64,000 nucleotides of DNA, from assembly GCA_028714875.1 (NCBI GenBank), contig JAQTLN010000015.1, positions 25,020 to 89,019 on the forward strand. The letters are read 5' to 3'. A program made the position numbers and the translations under genes. Position 1 is the first letter of the stretch. Every line of letters begins with the position of its first letter. Origin of the DNA: Gallionellaceae bacterium (GTDB lineage: Bacteria; Pseudomonadota; Gammaproteobacteria; Burkholderiales; Thiobacillaceae). This document shows positions 11,772 through 22,453 of this stretch, piece by piece. A model generated the notes under the pieces. That model did not search any database and had not been told where the DNA came from. It worked only from the letters and a program-made list of their open reading frames with translations.

Positions 11772-12305
11772 ATGGAACGCGCAACCTTAGCCCGCCCTTA
11801 TGCGGAAGCCGTGGGCAAATTGGCCGCCGAGGGCAACGCCTGGGACCGCTGGTCCGAGAGTCTCGCGCTCCTGGCTCTTGTCGCCGACGACGCGCGGATG
11901 CGCGATCTGGCCGGAAATCCGGCCGTGCCCGCGGAGCGCGTCGCCGAGGTGATACTGGCGGTGTGCGGCGACAAGCTGGGCGTCGAGGGCGGCAATCTGG
12001 TCAAGCTGCTGGTCGAGAACAAGCGTCTGGCGCTGCTGCCGGAAATCGTCGCCCTGTTCGAGGTGATCAAGGCGGCGCAGGAAGGTGAACTGACCGCGCA
12101 TATCACCAGCGCCTTCGAACTGAGCAAAGAACAGTTGGCCGGCCTGGTCGCCAAACTGGAAGCCAAATTCGACCGCAAGATCACCGCCACCCAATCGCTG
12201 GATGCCGATCTGATCGGTGGCGTGGTGATCCAGGTGGGCGACGAAGTCATGGATTCTTCGGTGCGCGGTGGGCTGGCAAGCCTGGCCGTCACCCTGAAAG
12301 CTTAA
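11772..12305 (+). CDS. atpH: F0F1 ATP synthase subunit delta
   Basis: 177 aa. Position in the operon fits; begins RPYAEA..., which is OSCP-like. Confidence 0.92.
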   Translation: MERATLARPYAEAVGKLAAEGNAWDRWSESLALLALVADDARMRDLAGNPAVPAERVAEVILAVCGDKLGVEGGNLVKLLVENKRLALLPEIVALFEVIKAAQEGELTAHITSAFELSKEQLAGLVAKLEAKFDRKITATQSLDADLIGGVVIQVGDEVMDSSVRGGLASLAVTLKA

Positions 12306-12320
12306 TTATCTGGAGTTCAC

Positions 12321-13856
12321 ATGCAACTCAATCCTTCCGAAATCAGTGAGCTGATCAAGAGCCGCATCGAGAACCTGGAATCCGGTTCCGAACTGCGTAC
12401 CCAGGGGACCGTGGTCTCCGTAACCGACGGCATCGTGCGCGTGCACGGCCTGGCCGAAGTCATGCAGGGGGAAATGCTGGAGTTTCCCGGCAATACCTTC
12501 GGCATGGCGCTGAACCTGGAACGCGACTCCGTCGGCGCCGTGGTGCTGGGCGAATACGAACACATTTCGGAAGGTGACACCGTCAAGTGCACCGGCCGTA
12601 TTCTTGAAGTGCCGGTCGGCGACCAGTTGCTCGGCCGCGTGGTGAACGCACTGGGCCAGCCGATCGACGCCAAGGGTCCGGTCAACTGCCCGTCCACCGC
12701 GCCGATCGAGCGCATCGCCCCCGGCGTGATTGCCCGCCAGTCCGTGTCGCAGCCGATGCAGACCGGCCTCAAGGCCATCGATGCGATGGTTCCCGTCGGC
12801 CGCGGCCAACGCGAACTGATCATCGGCGACCGCCAGACCGGCAAGACCGCGGTGGCCATCGATGCCGTCATCAACCAGAAAGGCACCGGCGTCCTCTGTA
12901 TCTACGTCGCGGTGGGCCAGAAGGCCTCCTCCATCGCCAACGTGGTGCGCAAGCTGGAAGAGCACGGCGCTCTGGCGCACACCATCGTTGTCGCCGCCAC
13001 CGCTTCCGATCCGGCCGCGATGCAGTTCCTGGCGCCCTATGCCGGCTGCACCATGGGCGAGTTCTTCCGCGACTCCGGCCGTGATGCCCTGATCGTTTAT
13101 GACGACCTGACCAAGCAGGCCTGGGCCTATCGTCAGATCTCGCTGTTGCTGCGCCGACCGCCGGGCCGCGAAGCCTACCCCGGCGATGTGTTCTATCTAC
13201 ACTCCCGCCTGCTGGAGCGCGCCGCTCGCGTCAATGCCGATTACGTCGAGAAGATGTCCGGCGTCAAAGGCCAGACCGGCTCGCTGACCGCCCTGCCGAT
13301 TATCGAGACCCAGGCCGGTGACGTTTCCGCTTTCGTGCCGACCAACGTGATTTCGATTACCGACGGCCAGATTTTCCTGGAATCCGACCTGTTCAACGCC
13401 GGTATCCGTCCCGCCATCAACGCCGGTCTTTCCGTGTCCCGCGTCGGCGGCGCCGCGCAGACCAAGGTGATCAAGAAGCTCGGTGGCGGTATCCGTCTGG
13501 CGCTGGCGCAATACCGTGAACTCGCGGCTTTCGCGCAGTTCGCCTCGGATCTCGATGAGGCCACCCGCAAGCAACTGGAGCGGGGCAAGATGGTGACCGA
13601 GCTGATGAAGCAGTTCCAGTATTCGCCGATGAACGTCGCCGACATGGCCGTCACTCTGTTCGCCGTCAACCGCGGCTACATGGACGACGTCGAGGTGAAA
13701 CGCACCCTAGCCTTCGAGGCCGCGCTGCAATCCTTCATGAAGGGCAAGTACGCCGCCATCATCGACAAGATCCAGAGCAGCGGCGACCTTGATGGCGAAA
13801 CCGAGAAGCAGCTTTCCGCCGCCATCGAAGACTTCAAGGCCAGCGCGGCTTACTGA
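12321..13856 (+). CDS. atpA: F0F1 ATP synthase subunit alpha
   Basis: 511 aa. P-loop GDRQTGKT. Confidence 0.97.
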   Translation: MQLNPSEISELIKSRIENLESGSELRTQGTVVSVTDGIVRVHGLAEVMQGEMLEFPGNTFGMALNLERDSVGAVVLGEYEHISEGDTVKCTGRILEVPVGDQLLGRVVNALGQPIDAKGPVNCPSTAPIERIAPGVIARQSVSQPMQTGLKAIDAMVPVGRGQRELIIGDRQTGKTAVAIDAVINQKGTGVLCIYVAVGQKASSIANVVRKLEEHGALAHTIVVAATASDPAAMQFLAPYAGCTMGEFFRDSGRDALIVYDDLTKQAWAYRQISLLLRRPPGREAYPGDVFYLHSRLLERAARVNADYVEKMSGVKGQTGSLTALPIIETQAGDVSAFVPTNVISITDGQIFLESDLFNAGIRPAINAGLSVSRVGGAAQTKVIKKLGGGIRLALAQYRELAAFAQFASDLDEATRKQLERGKMVTELMKQFQYSPMNVADMAVTLFAVNRGYMDDVEVKRTLAFEAALQSFMKGKYAAIIDKIQSSGDLDGETEKQLSAAIEDFKASAAY

Positions 13857-13869
13857 GGACGGAGACGAC

Positions 13870-14736
13870 ATGGCAGCCGGCAAGGAAATACGCAGCAAGA
13901 TCAAGAGCGTTGAAAACACGCGCAAGATCACCCGCGCCATGGAAATGGTCGCCGCCGCGAAGATGCGCAAGGCACAGGATCGGATGCGTCATGCCCGCCC
14001 CTACGCCGAGAAGATTGCTCGCGTCGCCGCGCACTTCAGCCAGGCCCATCCTGAGTATCGCCACCCCTTCGTGGTTTCACGTGAAACCATCAAACGCGTC
14101 GGCATCATTCTGGTCACGACCGACAAAGGTCTCTGCGGTGGTCTCAACACCAACGCGCTGCGCATGTCACTGAACAAGCTGAAGGCCTGGGACGAGCAGA
14201 AGATCGAGGTGGATATCTGCGCGATCGGCAACAAGGGCCTCGGCTTCATGCAACGCCTCGGCATCAATATTGCCTCCCAGATTACCGGCCTCGGCGACAC
14301 GGCGCACATGGAGCGTCTGATCGGCCCGGTGCAGGTGATGCTGGATGCCTACAAGGAAGGCCGTATCGACGCGCTTTACCTGGTCTACAGCCGCTTCATC
14401 TCGACCATGAAGCAGGAACCCACGTTCAAGCAATTGCTGCCGCTCACGGCGGAAGAAGCCAGCGAAAAGGCCGAACATCACTGGGATTACATCTACGAGC
14501 CGGAAGCCAAGAGCGTGGTGGACAGCCTGATGGTGCGTTACATCGAGGCGCTGATTTACCAGGCGGTGGCGGAAAATCTGGCATGCGAGCAATCCGCCCG
14601 CATGGTGGCGATGAAGGCCGCCTCGGACAATGCCAAGACTGTCGTCGACGAGCTCAAGCTGGTGTACAACAAGACGCGCCAGGCCGCTATCACGCAGGAA
14701 ATATCCGAAATCGTCGCGGGCGCAGCCGCCGTTTAA
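13870..14736 (+). CDS. atpG: F0F1 ATP synthase subunit gamma
   Basis: Conserved start [32 protein letters not shown] at the ATG at 13870. The track ORF is 5'-extended to 13789. Confidence 0.95.
   Translation: MAAGKEIRSKIKSVENTRKITRAMEMVAAAKMRKAQDRMRHARPYAEKIARVAAHFSQAHPEYRHPFVVSRETIKRVGIILVTTDKGLCGGLNTNALRMSLNKLKAWDEQKIEVDICAIGNKGLGFMQRLGINIASQITGLGDTAHMERLIGPVQVMLDAYKEGRIDALYLVYSRFISTMKQEPTFKQLLPLTAEEASEKAEHHWDYIYEPEAKSVVDSLMVRYIEALIYQAVAENLACEQSARMVAMKAASDNAKTVVDELKLVYNKTRQAAITQEISEIVAGAAAV
14072..14089. promoter_or_regulatory. parS-like 18-bp perfect palindrome TGGTTTCACGTGAAACCA inside atpG
   Basis: The 16-mer GGTTTCACGTGAAACC matches the parS consensus at 14 of 16 positions, with symmetric changes at the two outermost positions. 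It lies in coding sequence (FVVSRETIK). Confidence 0.55.
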
Positions 14737-14750
14737 CAGATTCGAACTAG

Positions 14751-16145
<1,395 letters not shown>

Positions 16146-16157
16146 GGACGCGCCACC

Positions 16158-16583
16158 ATGGCCATGACCCTACACGTCGATATCGTCAGCGCGGAAGCGT
16201 CGATCTACAGCGGACTCGCGGAGTTTGTCGTGATCCCCGCCGAAATGGGCGAGGTCGGCATCTACCCGCGCCACACGCCCCTGCTGACCCGCATCAAGGC
16301 CGGCTCGGTGCGTATCAAGTCGCCGGACAAGGATGAGGAAGACCTGATCTACGTATCCGGCGGCATACTCGAAGTGCAACCGGGTGTGGTCACCATCCTT
16401 TCCGATACCGCGATTCGTGGCCACGATCTGGATGAAGCGCGCGCCCTTGAAGCCAAGTCCAAGGCCGAGGAAGTCATGCGCAACCGTACCTCGGCGATGG
16501 ATTACGCACAGGCGCAGGCGGAACTCGTTGAAGCCGTGGCGCAGCTATCCGCCATTGCCAAATTGCGCAAGACCAGGCACTGA
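16158..16583 (+). CDS. atpC: F0F1 ATP synthase subunit epsilon
   Basis: 141 aa. Last gene of the atp operon; typical N-terminal beta-sandwich followed by a helical tail. Confidence 0.93.
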   Translation: MAMTLHVDIVSAEASIYSGLAEFVVIPAEMGEVGIYPRHTPLLTRIKAGSVRIKSPDKDEEDLIYVSGGILEVQPGVVTILSDTAIRGHDLDEARALEAKSKAEEVMRNRTSAMDYAQAQAELVEAVAQLSAIAKLRKTRH

Positions 16584-16590
16584 GATGACG

Positions 16591-16625
16591 GGCCGACGCG
16601 GGCCTCCGCATCGGCCAGTTTTTCT
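16591..16625 (+). terminator. rho-independent terminator of the atp operon
   Basis: GC-rich hairpin GGCCGAcGCGG-gcct-CCGCaTCGGCC followed by AGTTTTTCTC. Confidence 0.7.
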
Positions 16626-16635
16626 CGATTAATCA

Positions 16636-16664
16636 TTGACATAGCCTAGGCCGGCCGGGATAAT
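16636..16664 (+). promoter_or_regulatory. sigma70 promoter of the tRNA gene (TTGACA-17 nt-GATAAT)
   Basis: Consensus -35 at 16636..16641, a 17-nt spacer, and a near-consensus -10 at 16659..16664. A GC-rich discriminator (CCGCGCC) follows, as expected for stringently controlled stable-RNA promoters. Confidence 0.7.
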
Positions 16665-16685
16665 CCGCGCCTCATTTTGTACCCC

Positions 16686-16762
16686 GGTGATGTAGCTCAG
16701 ACGGTTAGAGCGGTGGATTCATAACCCACAGGTCGGCGGTTCGATTCCGCCCATCACCACCA
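16686..16762 (+). tRNA. tRNA with CAT anticodon (elongator tRNA-Met, or tRNA-Ile2 if C34 is lysidinylated)
   Basis: Manual cloverleaf: acceptor GGTGATG/CATCACC, D arm GCTC/GAGC, anticodon loop TTCATAA, T arm GGCGG-TTCGATT-CCGCC, encoded CCA end. The 1-72 pair is G-C, so this is not an initiator tRNA. Confidence 0.9.
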
Positions 16763-16813
16763 ACCCCATTCCTCTCCCGCCAGTTCGCTCCGCAACTGGC
16801 CGCTCACTCAGGC

Positions 16814-18232
16814 ATGCCACGCAAGGTCTACATCCGCACTTTCGGTTGCCAGATGAACGAGTACGACTCGGACAAGATGGCCGTTCTGCTCGCCGCCGAT
16901 GATGGCTATGTTGTCACGGACAAGCCCGAGGATGCCGACATCATTCTGTTCAATACCTGTTCCGTGCGGGAAAAAGCGCAGGAGAAGGTGTTTACCGATC
17001 TCGGCATGGTGCGGCACCTGAAACAGGCCAACCCGAATCTGATCATCGGTGTCGGTGGCTGCGTAGCCAGTCAGGAAGGCGCGGCCATCGTGCAGCGCGC
17101 GCCCTACGTCGACCTGGTGTTCGGACCACAGACCTTGCATCGACTCCCGGCCATGATGGAAAAGCGTCGCGCCAGCGGCCGCCCGCAAGTCGACATTTCC
17201 TTTCCGGAAATCGAGAAGTTCGATCATCTGCCGCCTTCGCGTGTCGAGGGCGCCACCGCTTTCGTTTCGATCATGGAAGGGTGCAGCAAATACTGCACTT
17301 TCTGTGTCGTGCCCTATACCCGTGGCGAAGAGGTGTCGCGTCCCCTTGCCGATGTGCTGGCTGAAGTGGCGCACCTGGCCGGCGAGGGCGTCAAGGAAGT
17401 GACCCTGCTAGGCCAGAACGTGAATGCTTACCGGGGTGAGATGGATGTAGTCGACGTAGCGGACTTCGCGTTGCTGCTGGAGTTGGTGGCCGAGGTGCCG
17501 GGCATCGAGCGCATCCGCTTTACCACGTCCCATCCTCGCGAGTTCACGCCGCGCCTGATCGACGTCTATGCGCGCATCCCGAAACTGGTGTCCTACCTGC
17601 ACCTGCCGGTGCAGTCTGGCTCGGATCGAATTCTGGCCGCTATGAAGCGTGGCTACACCACGCTGGAATACAAAAGTACCATCCGCCGCATCAAGGAAGC
17701 GCGCCCCGATATCAGCATCGCCTCGGATTTCATCATCGGCTTCCCGGGCGAAACCGAGGCGGATTTCGAGGCCACCCTGAAGCTCATCGAAGACGTGGGT
17801 TTCGATGCCTCCTTCAGCTTTGTCTACAGCCCGCGCCCCGGCACTCCCGCCGCCAGCATGGCTGACGACACGCCGCATGAAGTGAAGATGCGGCGCCTCT
17901 ATCGGCTGCAGGAGTTGATCAACAAACAGGCCGCCGCCATCAGTTCGAGCATGGTCGGCGGTGTGCAGCGCGTGTTGGTGGAAAAACCCTCGAAGAAAGA
18001 CCCCAACGAATTGATGGGCCGCACCGAGAATAACCGCATCGTCAATTTCCCCGCCCCCGCGCGCCTGATCGGGCAGTTTGTCGATGTGATGATTACCCAG
18101 GCCATGCCACACAGTTTGCGCGGAGAAGTGGTGCTTAGCGGCGCCCCCGGCTCGCCCTATCGGCACGAGCCGCCCCCCGAGGGGGCCAAGTCGATCTTGG
18201 GGCGGCCCGGCGACCGACTTGAGACCACCTGA
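16814..18232 (+). CDS. miaB: tRNA-i6A37 methylthiotransferase MiaB
   Basis: 472 aa. N-terminal [10 protein letters not shown] and the radical-SAM motif [17 protein letters not shown]. It has a roughly 30-aa C-terminal tail beyond the usual ...SLRGE end. Confidence 0.93.
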   Translation: MPRKVYIRTFGCQMNEYDSDKMAVLLAADDGYVVTDKPEDADIILFNTCSVREKAQEKVFTDLGMVRHLKQANPNLIIGVGGCVASQEGAAIVQRAPYVDLVFGPQTLHRLPAMMEKRRASGRPQVDISFPEIEKFDHLPPSRVEGATAFVSIMEGCSKYCTFCVVPYTRGEEVSRPLADVLAEVAHLAGEGVKEVTLLGQNVNAYRGEMDVVDVADFALLLELVAEVPGIERIRFTTSHPREFTPRLIDVYARIPKLVSYLHLPVQSGSDRILAAMKRGYTTLEYKSTIRRIKEARPDISIASDFIIGFPGETEADFEATLKLIEDVGFDASFSFVYSPRPGTPAASMADDTPHEVKMRRLYRLQELINKQAAAISSSMVGGVQRVLVEKPSKKDPNELMGRTENNRIVNFPAPARLIGQFVDVMITQAMPHSLRGEVVLSGAPGSPYRHEPPPEGAKSILGRPGDRLETT

Positions 18233-19179
18233 TGCAGGTCAACTTCACGCCGGTCGATAACGCCCGTTTGGCCAATCTGTGCGGTGTGCTCGACGAGAAT
18301 CTGCGCCAGATCGAAACGGCGCTCAATGTCACGATCTCCCGCCGCGGCGAGCTGTTTCAGGTGTCCGGAGACAGTGACAAACAGCAACACGCGATCAAGC
18401 TGCTCAAGGACTTCTACCAGCGCGCGCGCAAGCCGCTGGACATCGACGAGATTCAGCTGGCGCTGGTTGAAGTGGCGCACAAGCCACACCTCCCTGACGC
18501 CAGCGACGACGACATCCCGGTACTGATGACCCGTCGTGTCGGGCTGCATGGCCGCACACCGCGCCAGAACAGTTACATCCGGCAGATGCAGGAGTACGAC
18601 ATCACGTTCGGTATCGGCCCCGCTGGCACCGGCAAAACCTACCTCGCCGTGGCCGGCGCGGTGGATGCGCTGGAACGTGATCTGGTCAAACGCATCGTCC
18701 TGGTGCGGCCGGCGGTTGAAGCGGGTGAGCGGCTCGGCTTCCTCCCCGGCGATCTGGTGCAAAAGGTAGATCCCTACCTGCGGCCGCTCTATGACGCACT
18801 GTATGACCTGATGGGCTTCGACAAAACCACGCGCCAGTTCGAGAAAGGCGTGATCGAGGTAGCGCCGCTCGCCTTCATGCGCGGACGCACCTTGAATCAC
18901 GCCTTCATCATTCTCGACGAAGCACAGAACACCACGCCGGAGCAGATGAAGATGTTCCTTACCCGCATCGGCTTTGGTTCACGCGCGGTAGTGACCGGCG
19001 ATGTCACCCAGATCGATCTGCCGCGTGGCCACCGCTGCGGACTGATCGAGGCGCGCGAGATACTGCACAACGTACGTGGTCTGGCCTTTACCGACTTTCA
19101 GAACGAGGATGTTGTGCGGCATCCCCTGGTTGCCCGCATCGTTGAGGCCTACGACGCCTATGCCAAAGGTCAGGCATGA
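18232..19179 (+). CDS. ybeZ: PhoH-like ATPase (YbeZ)
   Basis: 315 aa. Walker [18 protein letters not shown] overlap with miaB; conserved order miaB-ybeZ-ybeY-corC. Confidence 0.92.
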   Translation: MQVNFTPVDNARLANLCGVLDENLRQIETALNVTISRRGELFQVSGDSDKQQHAIKLLKDFYQRARKPLDIDEIQLALVEVAHKPHLPDASDDDIPVLMTRRVGLHGRTPRQNSYIRQMQEYDITFGIGPAGTGKTYLAVAGAVDALERDLVKRIVLVRPAVEAGERLGFLPGDLVQKVDPYLRPLYDALYDLMGFDKTTRQFEKGVIEVAPLAFMRGRTLNHAFIILDEAQNTTPEQMKMFLTRIGFGSRAVVTGDVTQIDLPRGHRCGLIEAREILHNVRGLAFTDFQNEDVVRHPLVARIVEAYDAYAKGQA

Positions 19180-19631
19180 AGCAACTCAACAAGCTGGCGC
19201 TCACCATTCAATTCGCTACCACGCCCGCCAATTTGCCTAGTCGCGCGGAGTTCCGCCACTGGGCCAAGGCCGCCCTCCTGCATGATGTGGAGGCCACGCT
19301 GCGCGTGGTGGACGAGGCCGAAGGCATGCAGTTGAATCAGGACTACCGCGACAAGCCCGCCGCCACCAATGTGCTGACCTTCGCCTATGGCGCGGAACAG
19401 GATGACGGTCCATTGACCGGCGATATTGTCCTGTGCGCCGCCGTGGTCGAGCGCGAGGCGGTGGAGCAAGACAAGACGCTGACGGCGCATTACGCCCATC
19501 TCACAGTTCATGGCATGCTGCATCTGCAAGGCTATGACCATGAAGTCGAGAACGAGGCGATAGCGATGGAAGCGATCGAAGGCTTTATCATGATGCGACT
19601 GGGATTCCCCGACCCCTACCAAGATGGATGA
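19176..19631 (+). CDS. ybeY: rRNA maturation endoribonuclease YbeY
   Basis: 151 aa. Zinc motif [11 protein letters not shown]. Confidence 0.93.
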   Translation: MKQLNKLALTIQFATTPANLPSRAEFRHWAKAALLHDVEATLRVVDEAEGMQLNQDYRDKPAATNVLTFAYGAEQDDGPLTGDIVLCAAVVEREAVEQDKTLTAHYAHLTVHGMLHLQGYDHEVENEAIAMEAIEGFIMMRLGFPDPYQDG

Positions 19632-20460
19632 CAGTAATCACCGACCTGGGCTGATCGAACGACTCACCTCATGGCTATCGCGCGAGCCTGACAACCGCGA
19701 TGAATTACTCGAGCTTTTGCACGGGGCCTATGAGAAGAATCTGCTGGATGCCGACGCGCTCTCGATGATCGAAGGTGTCATGCAGGTTTCGGAAATGCAG
19801 GTGCGCGAGATCATGATTCCGCGCGCCCAGCTCGACGTGGTGGACATCAACGAGTCGGCGGAAAAAATTCTTCCCTATGTCATCGAAACCGCGCATTCAC
19901 GTTTCCCCGCCGTGGACGGCGAGCGCGACAACGTGGTGGGTATCCTGTTGGCCAAGGATTTGCTCCGGCTCTGCACCGATGAAGACGTCAACCTGCGTGA
20001 CCAGTTGCGCCCCGCGGTATTCATCCCGGAATCCAAACGCCTGAATGTGCTGCTGCGCGAGTTCCGCGCCTCGCGTAACCACATCGCCATAGTGGTCGAC
20101 GAGTATGGCGGCGTCGCCGGTCTGGTCACCATCGAGGATGTGCTGGAACAGATCGTCGGCGACATTGAGGACGAATACGACTACGACGAAGCCGAAGACA
20201 ACATCCTCAAGCTGGACAGCAGCGCCTTCCGGGTCAAGGCGCAGACGGAAGTCGGAGATTTCAACCTGGCGCTGGGCGCGAGCTTCGCCGATGACGAATT
20301 CGACACGGTCGGTGGCCTGGTTACCCACGCCTTCGGCCGGGTTCCCAAACGGGGTGAGGCCGTCGAGATCAATGGCCTGCGCTTCCAGGTATTGCGCGCG
20401 GATAGCCGCCGGGTGCACAGCCTACGGGTCGAACGTCCGCCGCAGACCTCGTTGCTATGA
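19624..20460 (+). CDS. corC: CBS-pair/CorC_HlyC domain protein (magnesium/cobalt efflux CorC family)
   Basis: 278 aa. A CBS-pair region followed by [18 protein letters not shown]. Confidence 0.9.
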   Translation: MDDSNHRPGLIERLTSWLSREPDNRDELLELLHGAYEKNLLDADALSMIEGVMQVSEMQVREIMIPRAQLDVVDINESAEKILPYVIETAHSRFPAVDGERDNVVGILLAKDLLRLCTDEDVNLRDQLRPAVFIPESKRLNVLLREFRASRNHIAIVVDEYGGVAGLVTIEDVLEQIVGDIEDEYDYDEAEDNILKLDSSAFRVKAQTEVGDFNLALGASFADDEFDTVGGLVTHAFGRVPKRGEAVEINGLRFQVLRADSRRVHSLRVERPPQTSLL

Positions 20461-20761
20461 AGCGGTGTGGTTGTACCGCGACTGACGCCAACGCAGTCGT
20501 CGCTTGCTCACGGCGCAAGCGCGTCAATGTAATACATGGCGGGCTACACTGGCCGCGCTTGTACGCTCAAACAAGCGAGTGATGGAAGCTCCCCCTTCTT
20601 GATTGCCACGAAAATGGTTGTTGCAATGTCGCAACATGGTGATGAGGCGGAACTGGGGCGGCCAAGTGAGTAGTCGAATGTTCTAATATTCGCAAATATA
20701 CTGAGCGCTCAAGTTTCGAGTAACAGATTTCCTTTCTTATCAACGTTTTAGGAGTAGTCCC

Positions 20762-21415
20762 ATGAAGATGATTTCTGCCCTGGTCCTGGCCATGATCGCC
20801 ACCGCCGCTGTCGCCGAGACCCCGGAACAAACCGCCGCCAACCTGCTGGATCCCGCCAAGGTTGCCCATATCGCCGCTGATCCCAAGGCCGCTGTCGCCA
20901 CCATGACCAACCTGATGGACCCGGCCACCGCCATGATCCTGATGCAGAAAGGCATGGACCCCGCCACCTTCACCAAGATGATGCAAGCCGGCATGTCTCC
21001 CGACATCCTTAAGGCCTACGCCGCTTTCATCGATCCCAACATGTACATGAAGTGGCTGGCCGCTTCCATGGACCCCAATTTCTACACCGCCGCCATGGCT
21101 CCCCTGATGAACCCCAACATGTACATGAAGTGGCTGGGTGCTCCTCTGGATCCCCGCGTTCTGCAGATGGCGATGGCTCCCCTGAACCCCAACATGTACA
21201 TGAACTGGGCGATGGCTCCCGTTGCTCCGGCCAACCTGAACATGATGATGGCTCCCCTGAACCCCAATCTGTACACCCAGTGGGCCGGCGCCGCTGCTGA
21301 TCCCAAGACCTACGGCACCTGGGGCGGTTTCATGAACCCCGCCACCTACGGCAACGTTGCCAACCCGTTCGCTGGTTTCTTCCCGGTCGCTCCCGCCGCT
21401 GCTCCCGCGAAGTAA
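20762..21415 (+). CDS. secreted methionine-rich tandem-repeat protein (217 aa), function unknown
   Basis: Signal peptide MKMISALVLAMIATAAVA/ET. The mature part has 24 Met in 199 aa (my count), no Cys, and about 13 repeats of the type [ML]-[DN]-P-x-x-[YF]-[MT]-x-[WM]. AGGAG RBS 7 nt upstream, AT-rich upstream region, strong terminator downstream. Confidence 0.85.
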   Translation: MKMISALVLAMIATAAVAETPEQTAANLLDPAKVAHIAADPKAAVATMTNLMDPATAMILMQKGMDPATFTKMMQAGMSPDILKAYAAFIDPNMYMKWLAASMDPNFYTAAMAPLMNPNMYMKWLGAPLDPRVLQMAMAPLNPNMYMNWAMAPVAPANLNMMMAPLNPNLYTQWAGAAADPKTYGTWGGFMNPATYGNVANPFAGFFPVAPAAAPAK

Positions 21416-21435
21416 TAACGGCTTAGCCGCGGAAT

Positions 21436-21469
21436 AAAAGGGGTGGAACGCGAGTTCCACCCCTTTTTT
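21436..21469 (+). terminator. rho-independent terminator
   Basis: AAAAGGGGTGGAAC-gcga-GTTCCACCCCTTTTTT. A 14-bp stem with a T-tract. Confidence 0.9.
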
Positions 21470-21679
21470 CATGGCTGACAAGAAACACCCCGCGTCCCAT
21501 AGCTTCCAATGGGGCGCGTTTGCGCTAGTAGCGCCGCCATGGCGCAGATGTTGGCGCCTTCCATGACGACCACCCCTTGGGTCGACGCGCTACGCAGCCG
21601 GTTGCGTGGTGGTTCTTGAAGGTCATTTTGATGGTGTTCCCTTGCTCAGCGAGAAGCCGCACGCCGATTGAAACCTGGT

Positions 21680-22453
21680 TCAGCGTCTTACCTGCTGATA
21701 ACCCGGCGGCACCTGGAAGAATTCGTCCGGTACCGGGTCGGTGGCGACGCTTTCATAGACCAGATTGAGGCGGGAACCCATGCGCCGGGCGAGTTCGGCC
21801 ATGCGGCCGCCGCCCTCGTATTTCAGCTCCACGTCGATGGCGCAAACCATGCCCTGGCTGAACAGGCGCCGCAGCACTTCACCCAATGCGCGGGTGTGCG
21901 CGGGCGAGCTTTTCTGGAGAGCGGGAATGCCGATCAGGAAATCCGGTGAATCCATGGCCTTGAAGAAGGCTTGCAGGTCTTTCTGTTCACGCGTGTTGCG
22001 CGCCAACCAGACTTTTCCATCCAGTTGCAGGACGACTTTTTCCGGACCCAGCTCCGCCGGCATGCTGGCGTCCAGAGTGTGTTCCGCGCAATTCCAGGTG
22101 CCCAGCGCGTGTTTCTGCCCGGTGGCTTCCAGAGTCAGTTTGAGATCCTTGTGCGAGATCCTGGCTTCCGGCGTGTTGGCGAGGGCATTCATTTCATATA
22201 CCTGCAACTGGCGCAGCGAGTGGTCGAGCGCGCTGATGTCGTGACCGTTCAGGTCGTAGATATAGGTGTAGGCCTTGCCGCGATCGACCTGGTCGCGGCG
22301 CAACCAGTCTTTCTTCAGGTAGACACGCTCCTGGCTGGTGGAGGGCATGTTCATCGACATGATCGTGCTGCGGCCGTTGAGGGTGAGGTCGGCGGCCGCG
22401 CCCAGGGGCAGGAGCAGGGCAATGAGGCCGAGGCTGAGGCGATGTAAGGTCAT
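21680..22453 (-). CDS. secreted hypothetical protein (257 aa), possibly of the LolA-like/DUF4412-like fold
   Basis: The real start MTLHRLSLGLIALLLPLGAAA (signal peptide) is at 22453, in an ATGA overlap with the MMPL stop. The 158 aa upstream in the track ORF are R/H/P-rich read-through of the MMPL gene in another frame. Confidence 0.75.
   Translation of the reverse strand: MTLHRLSLGLIALLLPLGAAADLTLNGRSTIMSMNMPSTSQERVYLKKDWLRRDQVDRGKAYTYIYDLNGHDISALDHSLRQLQVYEMNALANTPEARISHKDLKLTLEATGQKHALGTWNCAEHTLDASMPAELGPEKVVLQLDGKVWLARNTREQKDLQAFFKAMDSPDFLIGIPALQKSSPAHTRALGEVLRRLFSQGMVCAIDVELKYEGGGRMAELARRMGSRLNLVYESVATDPVPDEFFQVPPGYQQVRR

Noticed and set aside
18130-18232. C-terminal extension of about 30 aa on MiaB as another repeat-derived tail
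   Set aside because: It contains only a small GCCCCCCGAGGGGGC palindrome and none of the family A-C signatures. It may simply be lineage-specific sequence.
17408-18900. Minus-strand ORFs 17408..18166 and 18157..18900 opposite miaB/ybeZ
   Set aside because: They are shadows of conserved plus-strand genes.
20567-21481. 304-aa minus-strand ORF opposite the Met-rich protein gene
   Set aside because: It is a G/H/V-rich mirror of the repeat. The plus-strand gene has a signal peptide, an RBS and a terminator in the right orientation.
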